From NCBI GenBank assembly GCA_032161105.1, contig JAVHTD010000007.1: DNA of 64,000 nucleotides, one strand, 5' to 3'. The position numbers and the translations under genes are program-made. Numbering within the stretch: position 1 is the first letter of the stretch; every line of letters starts with the position of its first letter. Shown here one piece after another: positions 47,745-57,968 of this stretch. The stretch comes from Candidatus Thermosaccharophagus tengchongensis. Lineage in GTDB: Bacteria; Armatimonadota; Fervidibacteria; Fervidibacterales; Thermosaccharophagaceae. The notes below the pieces were generated by a model. It made no database searches and was not told the origin of the DNA. It saw only the letters and a list, made by a program, of their open reading frames with translations.

Positions 47745-49016
47745 ATGCAAATGTGCCCTGAGTGCAGTGCTGACAATTTGGATGGGGCTATCGTGTGCTC
47801 AAAATGCGGTGCACAGCTGCGCGGTTTGCTCGGCTCACTGACGGTGCTTAACAATCGCTACCGTGTGCTCAGGGTTCTCGGATGCGGCGGAATGGGCGCC
47901 GTGTATCTTGCCGAAGATATAGCCCTCTATGGGCGGAAGGTCGCCATCAAGGAAAACCTTGACACCTCACACGAGGGCAAGAGGCAATTTGAGACCGAAG
48001 CGAGAATCCTATCAACGCTGTCGCACCCGAATCTGCCAAGGGTCTTTGACTTCTTCACATCCGGCGGAAAGCAGTATGTCGTCATGGACTACATCGCCGG
48101 AGAAGACTTGCTCAAACTCGTTGAGCGCAATGGACCGCAGGAACTTGAGGAAGCGTTGAAGTGGTTCTGGCAGGTGTGCGATGCCGTTGAGTATCTTCAC
48201 AGCCAATCACCACCGGTGATACACCGAGACATAAAACCGAGCAACATCAAGATACAGCCCGATGGCAGGGCAATACTTGTTGACTTTGGGATTGCCAAAT
48301 TCTACCGTCCGGGACAAAAGACGGCTGTCGGTGCACAGGCGGTCACTCCCGGCTTTTCACCGATTGAGCAGTATGGGAAAGGCATCACTGACCAGCGCTC
48401 CGATGTCTATTCACTTGCAGCCACATTTTACTTTGCCCTGACAGGTGTTGTGCCACCGGAGGCAATTGAGAGGTTGACACACAACAAGCAGCTCGTCCCG
48501 ATGAGCAGCATCAACCCAGATGTCACCGAGCCGATTGAACGCGCTGTTGAGAAAGCACTGAGGCTGCACCCGAGTGAACGCTACTCAAGCGTGCGTGAGT
48601 TTAGAGAGGCAATTCGCATCGCAGTGGCACAACCAAAACGAAGCACATTGCCATATGGCAGCCATCAATACGGTGGAGGAGTGCCAACGAGTCACCGAGG
48701 CAAGCGTGGAAGAGGCGGGTGGCAAGCGCCGCGTAATCCAATGCCACACCCGACGCAATTTGGAGACCAACTTGGATGCCTATTTCAACTCCTTGAGATG
48801 CTCATTTGGCTGTTCATCGCGTGGAGCTTCGGGTGCTGCATAACTGTCCTTGTTTTCTACCTGCTCACTGCCTTCGGATTTGCGTGGGGCTTGAGCTCTT
48901 TCATCGTGACCGGCAACCTGCTTCCGATGCTGATTTTCTCCCTCTGGCTTCTGATGTTGATGCAAATAGCCCGCACCGCACGCAAGGCTCGCGGGAGGTA
49001 TGGCAGAGGACCGTGA
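47745..49016 (+). CDS. Hanks-type Ser/Thr protein kinase with N-terminal zinc ribbon and C-terminal membrane helices
   Basis: CPEC...CSKC; LGCGGMGAVY, VAIKE, HRDIKPSN, DFG, TPGFSPIEQ, SDVYSL; hydrophobic C-terminus. Confidence 0.93.
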   Translation: MQMCPECSADNLDGAIVCSKCGAQLRGLLGSLTVLNNRYRVLRVLGCGGMGAVYLAEDIALYGRKVAIKENLDTSHEGKRQFETEARILSTLSHPNLPRVFDFFTSGGKQYVVMDYIAGEDLLKLVERNGPQELEEALKWFWQVCDAVEYLHSQSPPVIHRDIKPSNIKIQPDGRAILVDFGIAKFYRPGQKTAVGAQAVTPGFSPIEQYGKGITDQRSDVYSLAATFYFALTGVVPPEAIERLTHNKQLVPMSSINPDVTEPIERAVEKALRLHPSERYSSVREFREAIRIAVAQPKRSTLPYGSHQYGGGVPTSHRGKRGRGGWQAPRNPMPHPTQFGDQLGCLFQLLEMLIWLFIAWSFGCCITVLVFYLLTAFGFAWGLSSFIVTGNLLPMLIFSLWLLMLMQIARTARKARGRYGRGP

Positions 49017-50403
49017 GAATTTGTCCGTGCGTGTTGGGGGTGAGCCTATGACAGGCTCAATTGCGCTGTCTTACAAGCTGAGCAACAGCGTTGTGCCGTC
49101 AGATGGCAATGTGCGCTTGCTCTATTTGCTTCTCAAGGCTGATGCAACTAATGCCGCTCCATTGGAAGTGCCAATGGCACTCGTGGCTATCATTGATAGG
49201 AGCGAATCAATGATGCTCCCGATGCTCACTGAGGAGCAACTAAATGAGCTTCGCCGAAAGGGTCTTGTGAGGAGCACCGAAAGGGATGGCGTTCAAGTTT
49301 GGGAGTTCCGTGGCTTCATGCTCCCGCCGGAACTGCGCGATGCGCCTCGCCCATTTGATTTCGTCAAGCGCTCCATGCGCTCCATTATTGAACGCCTTCA
49401 AAGCTACGACGAATTTGCGCTCGTCGCATTCGCCGCCGAGGCAAAAGTTGTGTTGCCGATGCGCTTGGGAAGGATGCGTGAGGAGATGCTCTCTGCGCTT
49501 GATGCTGTTGAGAGGTTGCAGCTCGGTGAGGAGACGATGATGTCAAAGGCGATGGAGCTGGCGCATGAACAACTTGCACCGAGGTTGAGCGAACCAAAGT
49601 TGCACCGTGTCATTATCATCAGCGATGGCTATGCCCGTGATGAAAATCAATGCATTGATGTGGGCAGACGCATGGCAGATGACGGAATCAGGATAACTAC
49701 GATGGGCGTCGGGGTGAATTTCAACGAGGAGTTGATGGTCAAGCTCGCAGACATGTCCGGCGGCGAGGCGTTCTTCGTGCCGGATCCATCGCAGATACCC
49801 AATGTGCTTGAGGGTGAGCTTTCTCAATCAAGGTTGGTTGCCCTTAGACAAGCTTCATTCAGGCTGCGCTTTGCAAGGGGCGTTGAAGTTCGCAAGGCAT
49901 ACAGGGTGCGTCCAGCAATCACGCCGATTGAGCGGATGTATTCCAGCGGGAGCCATGAGGTTGAACTCCATGTTGGCGATTTGCCACTCGGTGTGAGTGA
50001 TTTGCTGCTTGAGTTGCTCATCCCGCCGAGGGGAGATGGTGTTTATCGCATTGCTCAAGTCTGGCTCAGCAGCGTTACGGATTGTGGAAGGAGCAACATT
50101 TCAAATGTGGATGTGGTGATACGATATCAGAGTGGGGCAACGCATACCCAGCCGGATGAGGAAGTGATGCGTGTGGTCTCCTTAGTCAGCGCTGCGGAGT
50201 TGCAAACGAGGGCGCTGCAAGATTTGAGGGCTGGAGATGCAGCTTCAGCCACACTCAAGCTCAGCACTGCAAAAACGCGCCTGTTAAATGCCGGAGCAAA
50301 CACGAAGCACATTGACGAGTTGCTCTCCGAAATTGAGAAGCACAGGAAGGCATCGCCGCACGCTACGAAGAGGTTGAGATACGAAACGCGCCGCCTTTCA
50401 TAG
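49000..50403 (+). CDS. von Willebrand factor A (vWA) domain protein
   Basis: MIDAS elements DRSES, T and ISDG; GVGVNFNEELM; C-terminal TKRLRYETRRL; start at 49000 or 49048. Confidence 0.88.
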   Translation: MAEDRENLSVRVGGEPMTGSIALSYKLSNSVVPSDGNVRLLYLLLKADATNAAPLEVPMALVAIIDRSESMMLPMLTEEQLNELRRKGLVRSTERDGVQVWEFRGFMLPPELRDAPRPFDFVKRSMRSIIERLQSYDEFALVAFAAEAKVVLPMRLGRMREEMLSALDAVERLQLGEETMMSKAMELAHEQLAPRLSEPKLHRVIIISDGYARDENQCIDVGRRMADDGIRITTMGVGVNFNEELMVKLADMSGGEAFFVPDPSQIPNVLEGELSQSRLVALRQASFRLRFARGVEVRKAYRVRPAITPIERMYSSGSHEVELHVGDLPLGVSDLLLELLIPPRGDGVYRIAQVWLSSVTDCGRSNISNVDVVIRYQSGATHTQPDEEVMRVVSLVSAAELQTRALQDLRAGDAASATLKLSTAKTRLLNAGANTKHIDELLSEIEKHRKASPHATKRLRYETRRLS

Positions 50404-50423
50404 GCTGCGGGAGGTGATGAAAC

Positions 50424-51185
50424 CTGAGCCAGAACACCGGTCAAAAGTTATGTCACAAGTGCGGCACGCCAAACAGGCTTGATGCCAAGTTCTGTAAGAA
50501 TTGCGGCTCGCCATTGATGCAGGGACAGCCGTCAGTGGTGAAGGGCAGGGCAATTGAAACCGTCAAGAATGTGGCTACGCTCGGGATGCGCATCGCCTAC
50601 AGGGAGCTGTTTGAACCGCAGCCGATGCTTGCCGGAACTGTTAAGGGTGTGAGCGTCAACGAAACCGCTGAAGTAAAGTTTGAGCCAATGTGGCTGCTTG
50701 TCATTTTCGCGTGGCTAATTGGGTTGTCACTTGCATTTGCGCCGCGAGCCATTAGTGGTTTTTTGCTCCTGTGCATAGCCTGTATTGTTCTCTTGGTCCT
50801 TTCATGGCGCTCATCGGGTGCGTCATATGTTTCGGCGCTCTCTTGGTTGGCGTTGGGTAATGTCCTCTCAAAGGGCGATGCCAAAGTCACAGCCGTCAAA
50901 ATGAGAGTGCAGGATAAGTCCGGAAGAGAGGTTGAGGTCACTCTCGTTGGTGAGCCAGTTGGAATTGCGCCCGGTGTTGGAGAGCAGGTTCAAGTCTGGG
51001 GGGTGTATGAGGATAGCGCAAGAACAAGGATGAGGGCTTGGAAGGTGCAAGTTGTGGACGCCGGCGAGGGAAAGCATGTTGAGCCTTTGCGAACGCATCG
51101 TTTGCTTCCGCTCATCCCAATGCTGCTGTTTCCATATCTTGGGTTTGCGCTGCTTGCCCTGCTGCGCCTTTTGACCGGAAGATGA
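50424..51185 (+). CDS. Zinc-ribbon membrane protein, probable CTG start
   Basis: Frame open from 50421 encodes CHKCGTPNRLDAKFCKNCG upstream of the ORF-track start (50514); SD GGAGGTG lies 7 nt before CTG at 50424; TM helices and a small beta-rich domain follow. Confidence 0.72.
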   Translation: MSQNTGQKLCHKCGTPNRLDAKFCKNCGSPLMQGQPSVVKGRAIETVKNVATLGMRIAYRELFEPQPMLAGTVKGVSVNETAEVKFEPMWLLVIFAWLIGLSLAFAPRAISGFLLLCIACIVLLVLSWRSSGASYVSALSWLALGNVLSKGDAKVTAVKMRVQDKSGREVEVTLVGEPVGIAPGVGEQVQVWGVYEDSARTRMRAWKVQVVDAGEGKHVEPLRTHRLLPLIPMLLFPYLGFALLALLRLLTGR

Positions 51186-51342
51186 CGACACAAGTTGAGC
51201 TGTTTCAAGGTCTTGCCAGAAAGCTGCCCGAGTTAACTGAGGGGTTGTTTTCCCCGTGTGTTTGAATCGGCTCTTCGGTCATTCTCCGGAAGGAGAAACT
51301 TTGCTTTGCTGCTCAAGCGAGAGTGGGATTAAAGTGAGGTGA

Positions 51343-52656
51343 GTGCAGCTGATGCACCAAAGCGCGGAAGAGCGTTTGCATGGCAGGCTGAGGTTCGGGA
51401 TCAAACTCGGCTTAGAGCGAATAATGAAGATGCTTGAGCTTGCGCGCAACCCGCAGGATGGCTTCAAAGCCGTGATCGTTGGCGGGACAAATGGTAAAGG
51501 CTCAGTCAGCCACATGTTAGCAAAGGTGCTCTCAAAATGCGGTTACAAGGTCGGTCTATACACATCGCCGCATTTGGTGAGCTATAGGGAAAGGATACGG
51601 GTTGATGGGGTGCCCATCTCGGAAGATGACTTTGAACGGCTGGCAGGCTATGCTGAGGAGATTGCGAGGATGGTTGAGCGGGATGAGGGGTTAGATACCC
51701 CGACTGAGTTTGAGCTGCTCACATTGATGGCATGTCAGCACTTCGCCAATGAACATGTTGACATCGCTGTCATGGAAGTCGGGCTTGGTGGAAGATACGA
51801 TGCCACGAACGCGCTCTCTCCGATACTCTCAATCTTGACCATCGTCTCACTTGATCACACCGATAGACTCGGCAAGACGCATCTGGAGATAGCCAGCGAC
51901 AAGATCGGGATAACTCGCCCCGGTGTCCCGTTGGTTACTGCCGAACACAAGTTCAGCGTGCTCAGCTTCATTCAGTCTCATTGCTACCTCCACAGCATAC
52001 CACTCAAGGTGGTCGGCAGGGATGTGCGCTGGAGGAAGCTCTCGGCTTCATACGATGGCATCTGTGGCGATTACAAGACATGGCAATCCGACTACCCTGA
52101 ATTGAAGTGCTCACTTGGTGGCGATTTCCAATTCCCTAACTTGGGATGCGTTGTTGCGGCTGTTGAGCTGTTGCGCCAGATGGGCTGGTCAATCTCGGAG
52201 GAAGGGATGCGCGCTGGCGTCGGCAATGTGAGGTGCTACGGCAGGCTTGATGTCCTTCGGCACAACCCGCTTATCGTCGCTGATGGAGCTCATAATCCTG
52301 CTGCGGCAGTTTCCCTTAGCAGGGCGCTCAGGACGCTATTCTCTTACGGGAGGCTTGGATTGGTCATCGGCGTTATGGGCGATAAGGATGTGCATGGCAT
52401 TCTCGGCGCTCTTGTCCCGCTCGCCGATGCCGTATTTGCAACGCAGGCTCAAAGCGAGAGGGCACTGAAAGCGAGCGAGCTTTCAAAAGCGGCTTTGAGA
52501 TGGGGTAAGCCAGTATATGCTTTTGAGAGCGTCAGGGAAGCATACGAGGCTGCAATTGGGTGGGCTGAAGAGGGCGATATGATTTGTGTCACCGGCTCAA
52601 TCTATGTGCTCGGTGAGCTGCCTGAATACCAGCAGCTGGCTCTTCAGGCAATCTGA
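51343..52656 (+). CDS. folC: Bifunctional folylpolyglutamate synthase / dihydrofolate synthase
   Basis: GTNGKGS, YTSPHL, EVGLGGRYDATN, DGAHNP, VTGSIY. Confidence 0.95.
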   Translation: MQLMHQSAEERLHGRLRFGIKLGLERIMKMLELARNPQDGFKAVIVGGTNGKGSVSHMLAKVLSKCGYKVGLYTSPHLVSYRERIRVDGVPISEDDFERLAGYAEEIARMVERDEGLDTPTEFELLTLMACQHFANEHVDIAVMEVGLGGRYDATNALSPILSILTIVSLDHTDRLGKTHLEIASDKIGITRPGVPLVTAEHKFSVLSFIQSHCYLHSIPLKVVGRDVRWRKLSASYDGICGDYKTWQSDYPELKCSLGGDFQFPNLGCVVAAVELLRQMGWSISEEGMRAGVGNVRCYGRLDVLRHNPLIVADGAHNPAAAVSLSRALRTLFSYGRLGLVIGVMGDKDVHGILGALVPLADAVFATQAQSERALKASELSKAALRWGKPVYAFESVREAYEAAIGWAEEGDMICVTGSIYVLGELPEYQQLALQAI

Positions 52657-52693
52657 GCATAGCAGCTGCATCGGCATGATAGGGGTGGGTGTG

Positions 52694-53512
52694 ATGAAAG
52701 TGGGAATGGTGGCATTCCCAAAGGAAGTTGAGGGTTACATAATGTGGGCTGCTGAGAACGGCTTTGAGCATGTTGAGATTGACCTATACAGCAAGCCTCA
52801 ATGGTTGGAGAGATTTCACGGGGAGCGTGTTAGGCGCCTCAGGAGCTTGATTTGCAGCACAGGGGTGAGCGTAAGCCTGCATGCACCATACACTTTGAAC
52901 TTGGCTGAACCGCTGCCATACTTTCGGACTTATATGCTCAAGTATGCTGAGAGGTTGATGGAGCTTGCCGAATCCATCGGCGCGCTTTGGGTATGCGTTC
53001 ATCTGGGGTATGCGGTTGGCATTCCATCTTTAGTGGAGTTGCGCTCTGAGGCGCTTGAGAGGGCGTGCGGCAGCATAGAGCATTTGCTCAACCTTTGTGA
53101 GCGTTACGGGGTGGTGCTTGCCATTGAGAACTTGAATCCCCTCCCACAGGATGGTGAGCTCATCTTCCTATGTGACAACTTGGAGGAGATGCAACATGTG
53201 CTTGAGAGCTTTAATTCACCGATGCTGCGCATGGTGCTTGATGCTGGACATGCGAATTTAGCCGAGGGTGTCGTTGAGTATGTGCACAGGCTTCACCGGT
53301 TCATCGTTGGGATACATGTGCATGACAATGATGGGCAGCACGATAGCCATTGCCTACCCGGAAGTGGCACGCTCCCATGGGATGAATTCATCATGACCTT
53401 GAAATCGGTCGGCTTCCTTGGTCCACTCAACATTGAGCTATTTGAGGACAGTGATAAGCTTGAGGCGAAGCGGTTTATTGAGGGCTTACTTCAAAAGCAC
53501 GGGATGAGGTGA
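52694..53512 (+). CDS. Sugar phosphate isomerase/epimerase (AP endonuclease 2 TIM barrel)
   Basis: SLHAP, AIENL, LDAGHA, IHVHDNDGQHDSH, NIE metal ligands. Confidence 0.85.
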   Translation: MKVGMVAFPKEVEGYIMWAAENGFEHVEIDLYSKPQWLERFHGERVRRLRSLICSTGVSVSLHAPYTLNLAEPLPYFRTYMLKYAERLMELAESIGALWVCVHLGYAVGIPSLVELRSEALERACGSIEHLLNLCERYGVVLAIENLNPLPQDGELIFLCDNLEEMQHVLESFNSPMLRMVLDAGHANLAEGVVEYVHRLHRFIVGIHVHDNDGQHDSHCLPGSGTLPWDEFIMTLKSVGFLGPLNIELFEDSDKLEAKRFIEGLLQKHGMR

Positions 53513-53524
53513 CGGAATCTGAGG

Positions 53525-55453
53525 GTGATTATAGCTGCTTCTGGCAGACCACGCGGTTACATCGGCATCCCCGATGGCGTAAATTCTACAGCCGCTTTTG
53601 CTGTGAGCGAATTGTGCCGATACCTTGAATGCATATGCGGCAGCAAGTTTGATGTTCGCCCCATATGCAACTCGGCTCAGCCACCTAAGGGCTGCATCAT
53701 CGCACTTCGCCTAACCCAAACACAGGCACACACTGGCGAAGCTATAAAGCACGGTGATGCCTATTCGGTGACCATTGGAAGTGAGGGAATAACATTGCGC
53801 TCAGCAAGTGAGCGCGGCTTGCTTTATGCCGTCTATGAACTGCTTGAGCTCATTGGGTGCAGATGGGTGTTGCCATCAAAGCTATGTGAGCGCATACCGA
53901 GAAAGGTTGATATCGTTCTCCCGGTGCTTGGCACGATCTCCCGTGAGCCATCGTTTGATGTGCGAGGGTTCATTGAGGATCCAAAGCATGTTCCATTTGG
54001 AGATGAGCGAATGTTAAAGCTGCATGTTTCAGAGGTCACATCGTTTATTGATTGGCTTGGCAAAATGCGCCTCAACAGCTTTCTACCGCACAGGGTAGAA
54101 CCGGATGATGTGCTCAGAATCATATTGCCGATGATGAAGGAGCGTGGCATTCAGCGCGAAGTTGGTGGGCATATCATCCCGAGCCTCTTGCCGAGGGAGC
54201 TGTTTTGCGCTCGCCCGGAATTGTTTCGAATGAACTCGGACGGAAAGCGCTCACCCGATGGAAACCTTTGTCCATCAAGCGATGAGGCGCTTTCCATAGT
54301 GGCATCAAATGCTGCGAAGCTTGTGGCATCAACTGGTTCACCATTCCTTCACCTGTGGGGTGAGGACTTGATCAAGGGTGGATGGTGTTATTGCCATGCA
54401 TGCTCGCGCATGACGCCTCAGGAGCAATACTTGCGCGTTTGTGAGGTTGTCTCATCAGTGCTTCGCCAAAGCGGCTTAAAAGCCGATGTTGGCTACCTCG
54501 CATATCACGACACGCTTATACCGACCTTCTCAAAAGTGGGTGAGCCGCTGTGGTTCGTTTATGCGCCGAGGGAGAGATGCTATGCTCACGCCATCAATGA
54601 CGAACGCTGCGAAATCAATAAAGGCTACTACGATGCATTGTGCATGCTCTTTGAGGCATTTGACGGGCGCGGCTATGTCTTTGAATACTACGGTGATGCC
54701 CTTCTTTTTAGCTCCCTCATGATGCCGATGACTGAGGTAGTGAGGATGGACTTGAGGGCTTACTCAGGGCTCGGCATAAAGCGAATCACATGTTTATCAT
54801 TCGGCGGATACAGTTGGTGGGCGTATGGCTTAAACTTGAACGCTTTCGCAAAGATGGCTTGGAACGCAAACTACTGCTGGCATCTCAACGAGTATTTTGA
54901 GGCGCTGTATGGCGGCTATGGTGAGGCTGCGGCTTCAATTTACGAGCGCGTTGAGTCGGCGATGCAACCGCTGGCTGAGTATCATGACATCATGCACGGG
55001 TTGGTGAAGGACTTCAATGATGCACTTGAGCGCGCTAAGAGGGTGGAGGCTGCCATATCGGTTTTGAGCGAATGCCACAGAGACGCTTTGGAGCTGTGGC
55101 GTCAAATGTGTAGAGATAATGAGAAGGAACTTGCGGCGATGTGGCTGGGCGATGTGGAATTGATGCGCACAACGATTTTGATGCTCATGCTCCTGTTGCA
55201 CATCCTTGAGAGGAAAAGCAACGCCGAGTATGCGGTTGGAGTCCTCGCGGAGTTATCAAAGCGTTCTCGGTTGGCAGCACGGCAGCTGAGGATGCACCCA
55301 TCAGGGATGGAGAAGTTGATACGATCAATCGCTGCAAAGCTCTCGCCAAGCAATAAAAACATACACGAGCTTTTCCTCGGCACTTGGGGATGCATTGGTG
55401 CGCCGAAATATCTTAAGCGCACGGTTGAGCGCATGATCAATTTGGAGCGATGA
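53525..55453 (+). CDS. DUF4838 domain putative glycoside hydrolase
   Basis: N-terminal GH20/GH67-like domain (RGLLYAVYELLELIGCRW, PSFDVRG); GH...LLP, NLCPS, WCYCHAC, LAYHDT, FEYY. Confidence 0.72.
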   Translation: MIIAASGRPRGYIGIPDGVNSTAAFAVSELCRYLECICGSKFDVRPICNSAQPPKGCIIALRLTQTQAHTGEAIKHGDAYSVTIGSEGITLRSASERGLLYAVYELLELIGCRWVLPSKLCERIPRKVDIVLPVLGTISREPSFDVRGFIEDPKHVPFGDERMLKLHVSEVTSFIDWLGKMRLNSFLPHRVEPDDVLRIILPMMKERGIQREVGGHIIPSLLPRELFCARPELFRMNSDGKRSPDGNLCPSSDEALSIVASNAAKLVASTGSPFLHLWGEDLIKGGWCYCHACSRMTPQEQYLRVCEVVSSVLRQSGLKADVGYLAYHDTLIPTFSKVGEPLWFVYAPRERCYAHAINDERCEINKGYYDALCMLFEAFDGRGYVFEYYGDALLFSSLMMPMTEVVRMDLRAYSGLGIKRITCLSFGGYSWWAYGLNLNAFAKMAWNANYCWHLNEYFEALYGGYGEAAASIYERVESAMQPLAEYHDIMHGLVKDFNDALERAKRVEAAISVLSECHRDALELWRQMCRDNEKELAAMWLGDVELMRTTILMLMLLLHILERKSNAEYAVGVLAELSKRSRLAARQLRMHPSGMEKLIRSIAAKLSPSNKNIHELFLGTWGCIGAPKYLKRTVERMINLER

Positions 55454-55578
55454 ATGCAGTGCCTGTGGTGACGCACCCTGATGTGAGTGATTGACATGAT
55501 GGCGTAAATGAGGCAATCTACTTTGTGTGGATGAGCATCCCATGCTGATGAAGGCTTGGCGAAGGTGATTAGAGCATC

Positions 55579-57000
55579 ATGCGATCCTTGAAGGAAGGGT
55601 TTAATTTGGGCGCAAGTTTGATAAGTGGAATCCTCAAAACAGCCCTTTTGATTTTGACCCTCACTTTGAAGCTGCAGTGTGCCGAAGGGGCTACAAAAGT
55701 TTATGTGCTTGACTTGAAAGATGTCGTCATCACTCAAGTGACTGTAGATGTCATTCGTGACTCACTTGAGAGAGCACGCTCCGAACAAGCTCAATGCCTT
55801 GTCATTCAACTCTCAACTAACGGTGGCATGGTTGAGGCAACACAGGACATCATTGAGGAACTTTTGAACGCTCCCATCCCGGTCGTGGTTTATGTTTCGC
55901 CGCGCGGCGCAAGGGCATTCTCCGCTGGGACTTTCATACTCATTGCCGGGCATATTGCCGCGATGGCACCTGCGACATCAACTGGTGCAGCACACCCTGT
56001 CACCATACCGCTAACCCCCCCACCATCGGGAGAGGGGGAAGCGAAGAGGCAAAAGGACGCAGAGGCAATCATGCTTGATAAACTCACCAATGCGCTGGTG
56101 GGCACGGCAAAGGCGGTTGCTGAGGAGAGGAAGCGAAGGTTTGAATGGGCTGAGCGCGTCATACGAAATAGCGAAGCCCTTACAGCTAATGAGGCGTTGA
56201 AGCTCGGTTTGATTGACTTGATAGCGGAAGACCTGGATGACCTGCTTTTGAAAATTGACGGGCGTGAGGTAAAGGTCGGGAGAAACAATGTGAAGCTCCA
56301 CACGAAGGGCGCAATCGTGGAGCACATCCAAAGGACGACGAGGCAAAGGTTTCTTGAGACATTGAGCCATCCGAACATCGCTTACATCCTGCTCCTCGTT
56401 GCGACATTTTGCTTCCTGATAGAAGTTTACAATCCGGGGGCGATAATTCCGGCGGTGATCGGCTCCATAGCCTTTCTCCTCTTCCTTTACTCCTCAACGC
56501 TTCTCCCTGTAAACTGGGTTGGAGTGTTGCTCATACTGCTCAGCATGGCATTTTTTGTAGCCGAGCTGTTTGTTGTGAGTCATGGCGCACTCACAGCTGG
56601 TGGGCTGATATCGCTCGCCCTCGGTGGCTATATGCTTATTGATGTGCGCAATCCGCAGTTTTGGGGTGTGGCTCTGAGGGTTTCCGCGTCGGTGATCGTG
56701 AGCACAGTGGCTTTGTTTGGCGGGTTTATAACGCTCGTCATCTGGAAGGCTATTAGTGCTCATATGAAGAAGGTCATCGTTGGTGCAGAGGGCATGATCG
56801 GGAGAGTTGCAGTAGCCCATACTGCGCTCACGCCGAGAGGGACGGTCTTAATGGATGGTTCGTTTTGGAATGCCGAATCCGTTAACGGGTATGTGAGGGC
56901 AGGTGAAAGGGTTGAAGTTGTAGCGGTTGATGGGTTGCTGCTCAGGGTGCGCCGAGTGAATGCTGATGCCTCAAGGAGAAACCTTTCTAACAGCTCTTGA
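55579..57000 (+). CDS. nfeD: NfeD family membrane-bound serine protease (long form)
   Basis: STNGG, VYVSPRGARAFSAG, GAAHPV; TM block; C-terminal OB domain GAEGMIG...WNAES. Confidence 0.9.
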   Translation: MRSLKEGFNLGASLISGILKTALLILTLTLKLQCAEGATKVYVLDLKDVVITQVTVDVIRDSLERARSEQAQCLVIQLSTNGGMVEATQDIIEELLNAPIPVVVYVSPRGARAFSAGTFILIAGHIAAMAPATSTGAAHPVTIPLTPPPSGEGEAKRQKDAEAIMLDKLTNALVGTAKAVAEERKRRFEWAERVIRNSEALTANEALKLGLIDLIAEDLDDLLLKIDGREVKVGRNNVKLHTKGAIVEHIQRTTRQRFLETLSHPNIAYILLLVATFCFLIEVYNPGAIIPAVIGSIAFLLFLYSSTLLPVNWVGVLLILLSMAFFVAELFVVSHGALTAGGLISLALGGYMLIDVRNPQFWGVALRVSASVIVSTVALFGGFITLVIWKAISAHMKKVIVGAEGMIGRVAVAHTALTPRGTVLMDGSFWNAESVNGYVRAGERVEVVAVDGLLLRVRRVNADASRRNLSNSS

Positions 57001-57103
57001 GAGATGCACAATTGAGTTAAAGTCGGTTAGACGGTCTACAACGACGGTGTTGTGTTGGAGTTGGGATTGACATTGCGCCAACAAATCTTGGAGGTGAAGG
57101 AAG

Positions 57104-57916
57104 GTGGAAGCATTTGAACGGTTGATATTTCATGTTGTGTTCGTGGCTGGTGCGTTCGTTATCGTCCTTCTCTCGCAAGCGATTAAGATAGTTCAGGAGT
57201 GGGAGAGGGGCGTAATATTGAGGCTTGGCAGGTTCCACGCAGTCAAAGGTCCTGGGCTGTTCCTCATCATACCGTTCATTGACAGGATGATCAAAATTGA
57301 CCTGCGTGTCTTCGTGATGGATGTCCCAAAGCAGGATGTCATCACGCGAGACAATGTTCCGGTGAAGGTCAATGCTGTAGTTTACTTTCAAGTGATGAAC
57401 CCGGCGTGGGCTGTTACAAGGGTTGAAAATTATGTCGCTGCGACACAGCAGCTTTCCCAAACGAGGTTGCGAAGTGTCCTTGGAGAGAGTGAGCTTGATG
57501 ATTTGCTTGCAAGGCGCGTGGAGCTAAATAGGCGTTTGCAGCAGATCATTGACGAACAGACCGACCCGTGGGGAATTAAGGTCATCGCCGTTGAGATAAA
57601 GGATGTTGAGTTACCAGCAGGTATGCAGAGGGCAATGGCAAGGCAAGCCGAAGCCGAAAGGGAGAGACGTGCGAAGGTCATTAATGCTCAGGGAGAGCTG
57701 CAGGCAGCGGAGCAATTGGCACAGGCTGCTGAGATAATGGGACGCCACCCAAACGCCCTCCAATTGCGTTACTTGCAGACGCTCTCTGAGATCGCTTCAG
57801 AGAAAGCTACAGTTGCCGTTGTCCCAATCCCCATTGACCTGCTAACGCCCTTCTTGGCGGGCGTCGGTGAGCGCATAGCCCAAGCAAGAGGTATTGCTGC
57901 CTCGTCTTCTGAATGA
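57104..57916 (+). CDS. SPFH/band-7 (stomatin-like, slipin) protein
   Basis: [55 protein letters not shown]. Confidence 0.94.
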   Translation: MEAFERLIFHVVFVAGAFVIVLLSQAIKIVQEWERGVILRLGRFHAVKGPGLFLIIPFIDRMIKIDLRVFVMDVPKQDVITRDNVPVKVNAVVYFQVMNPAWAVTRVENYVAATQQLSQTRLRSVLGESELDDLLARRVELNRRLQQIIDEQTDPWGIKVIAVEIKDVELPAGMQRAMARQAEAERERRAKVINAQGELQAAEQLAQAAEIMGRHPNALQLRYLQTLSEIASEKATVAVVPIPIDLLTPFLAGVGERIAQARGIAASSSE

Positions 57917-57968
57917 TTGAATAGCTATGGATGCAGTTTGTCGTGGCGAGAGAGGCGGTGCATAATTC

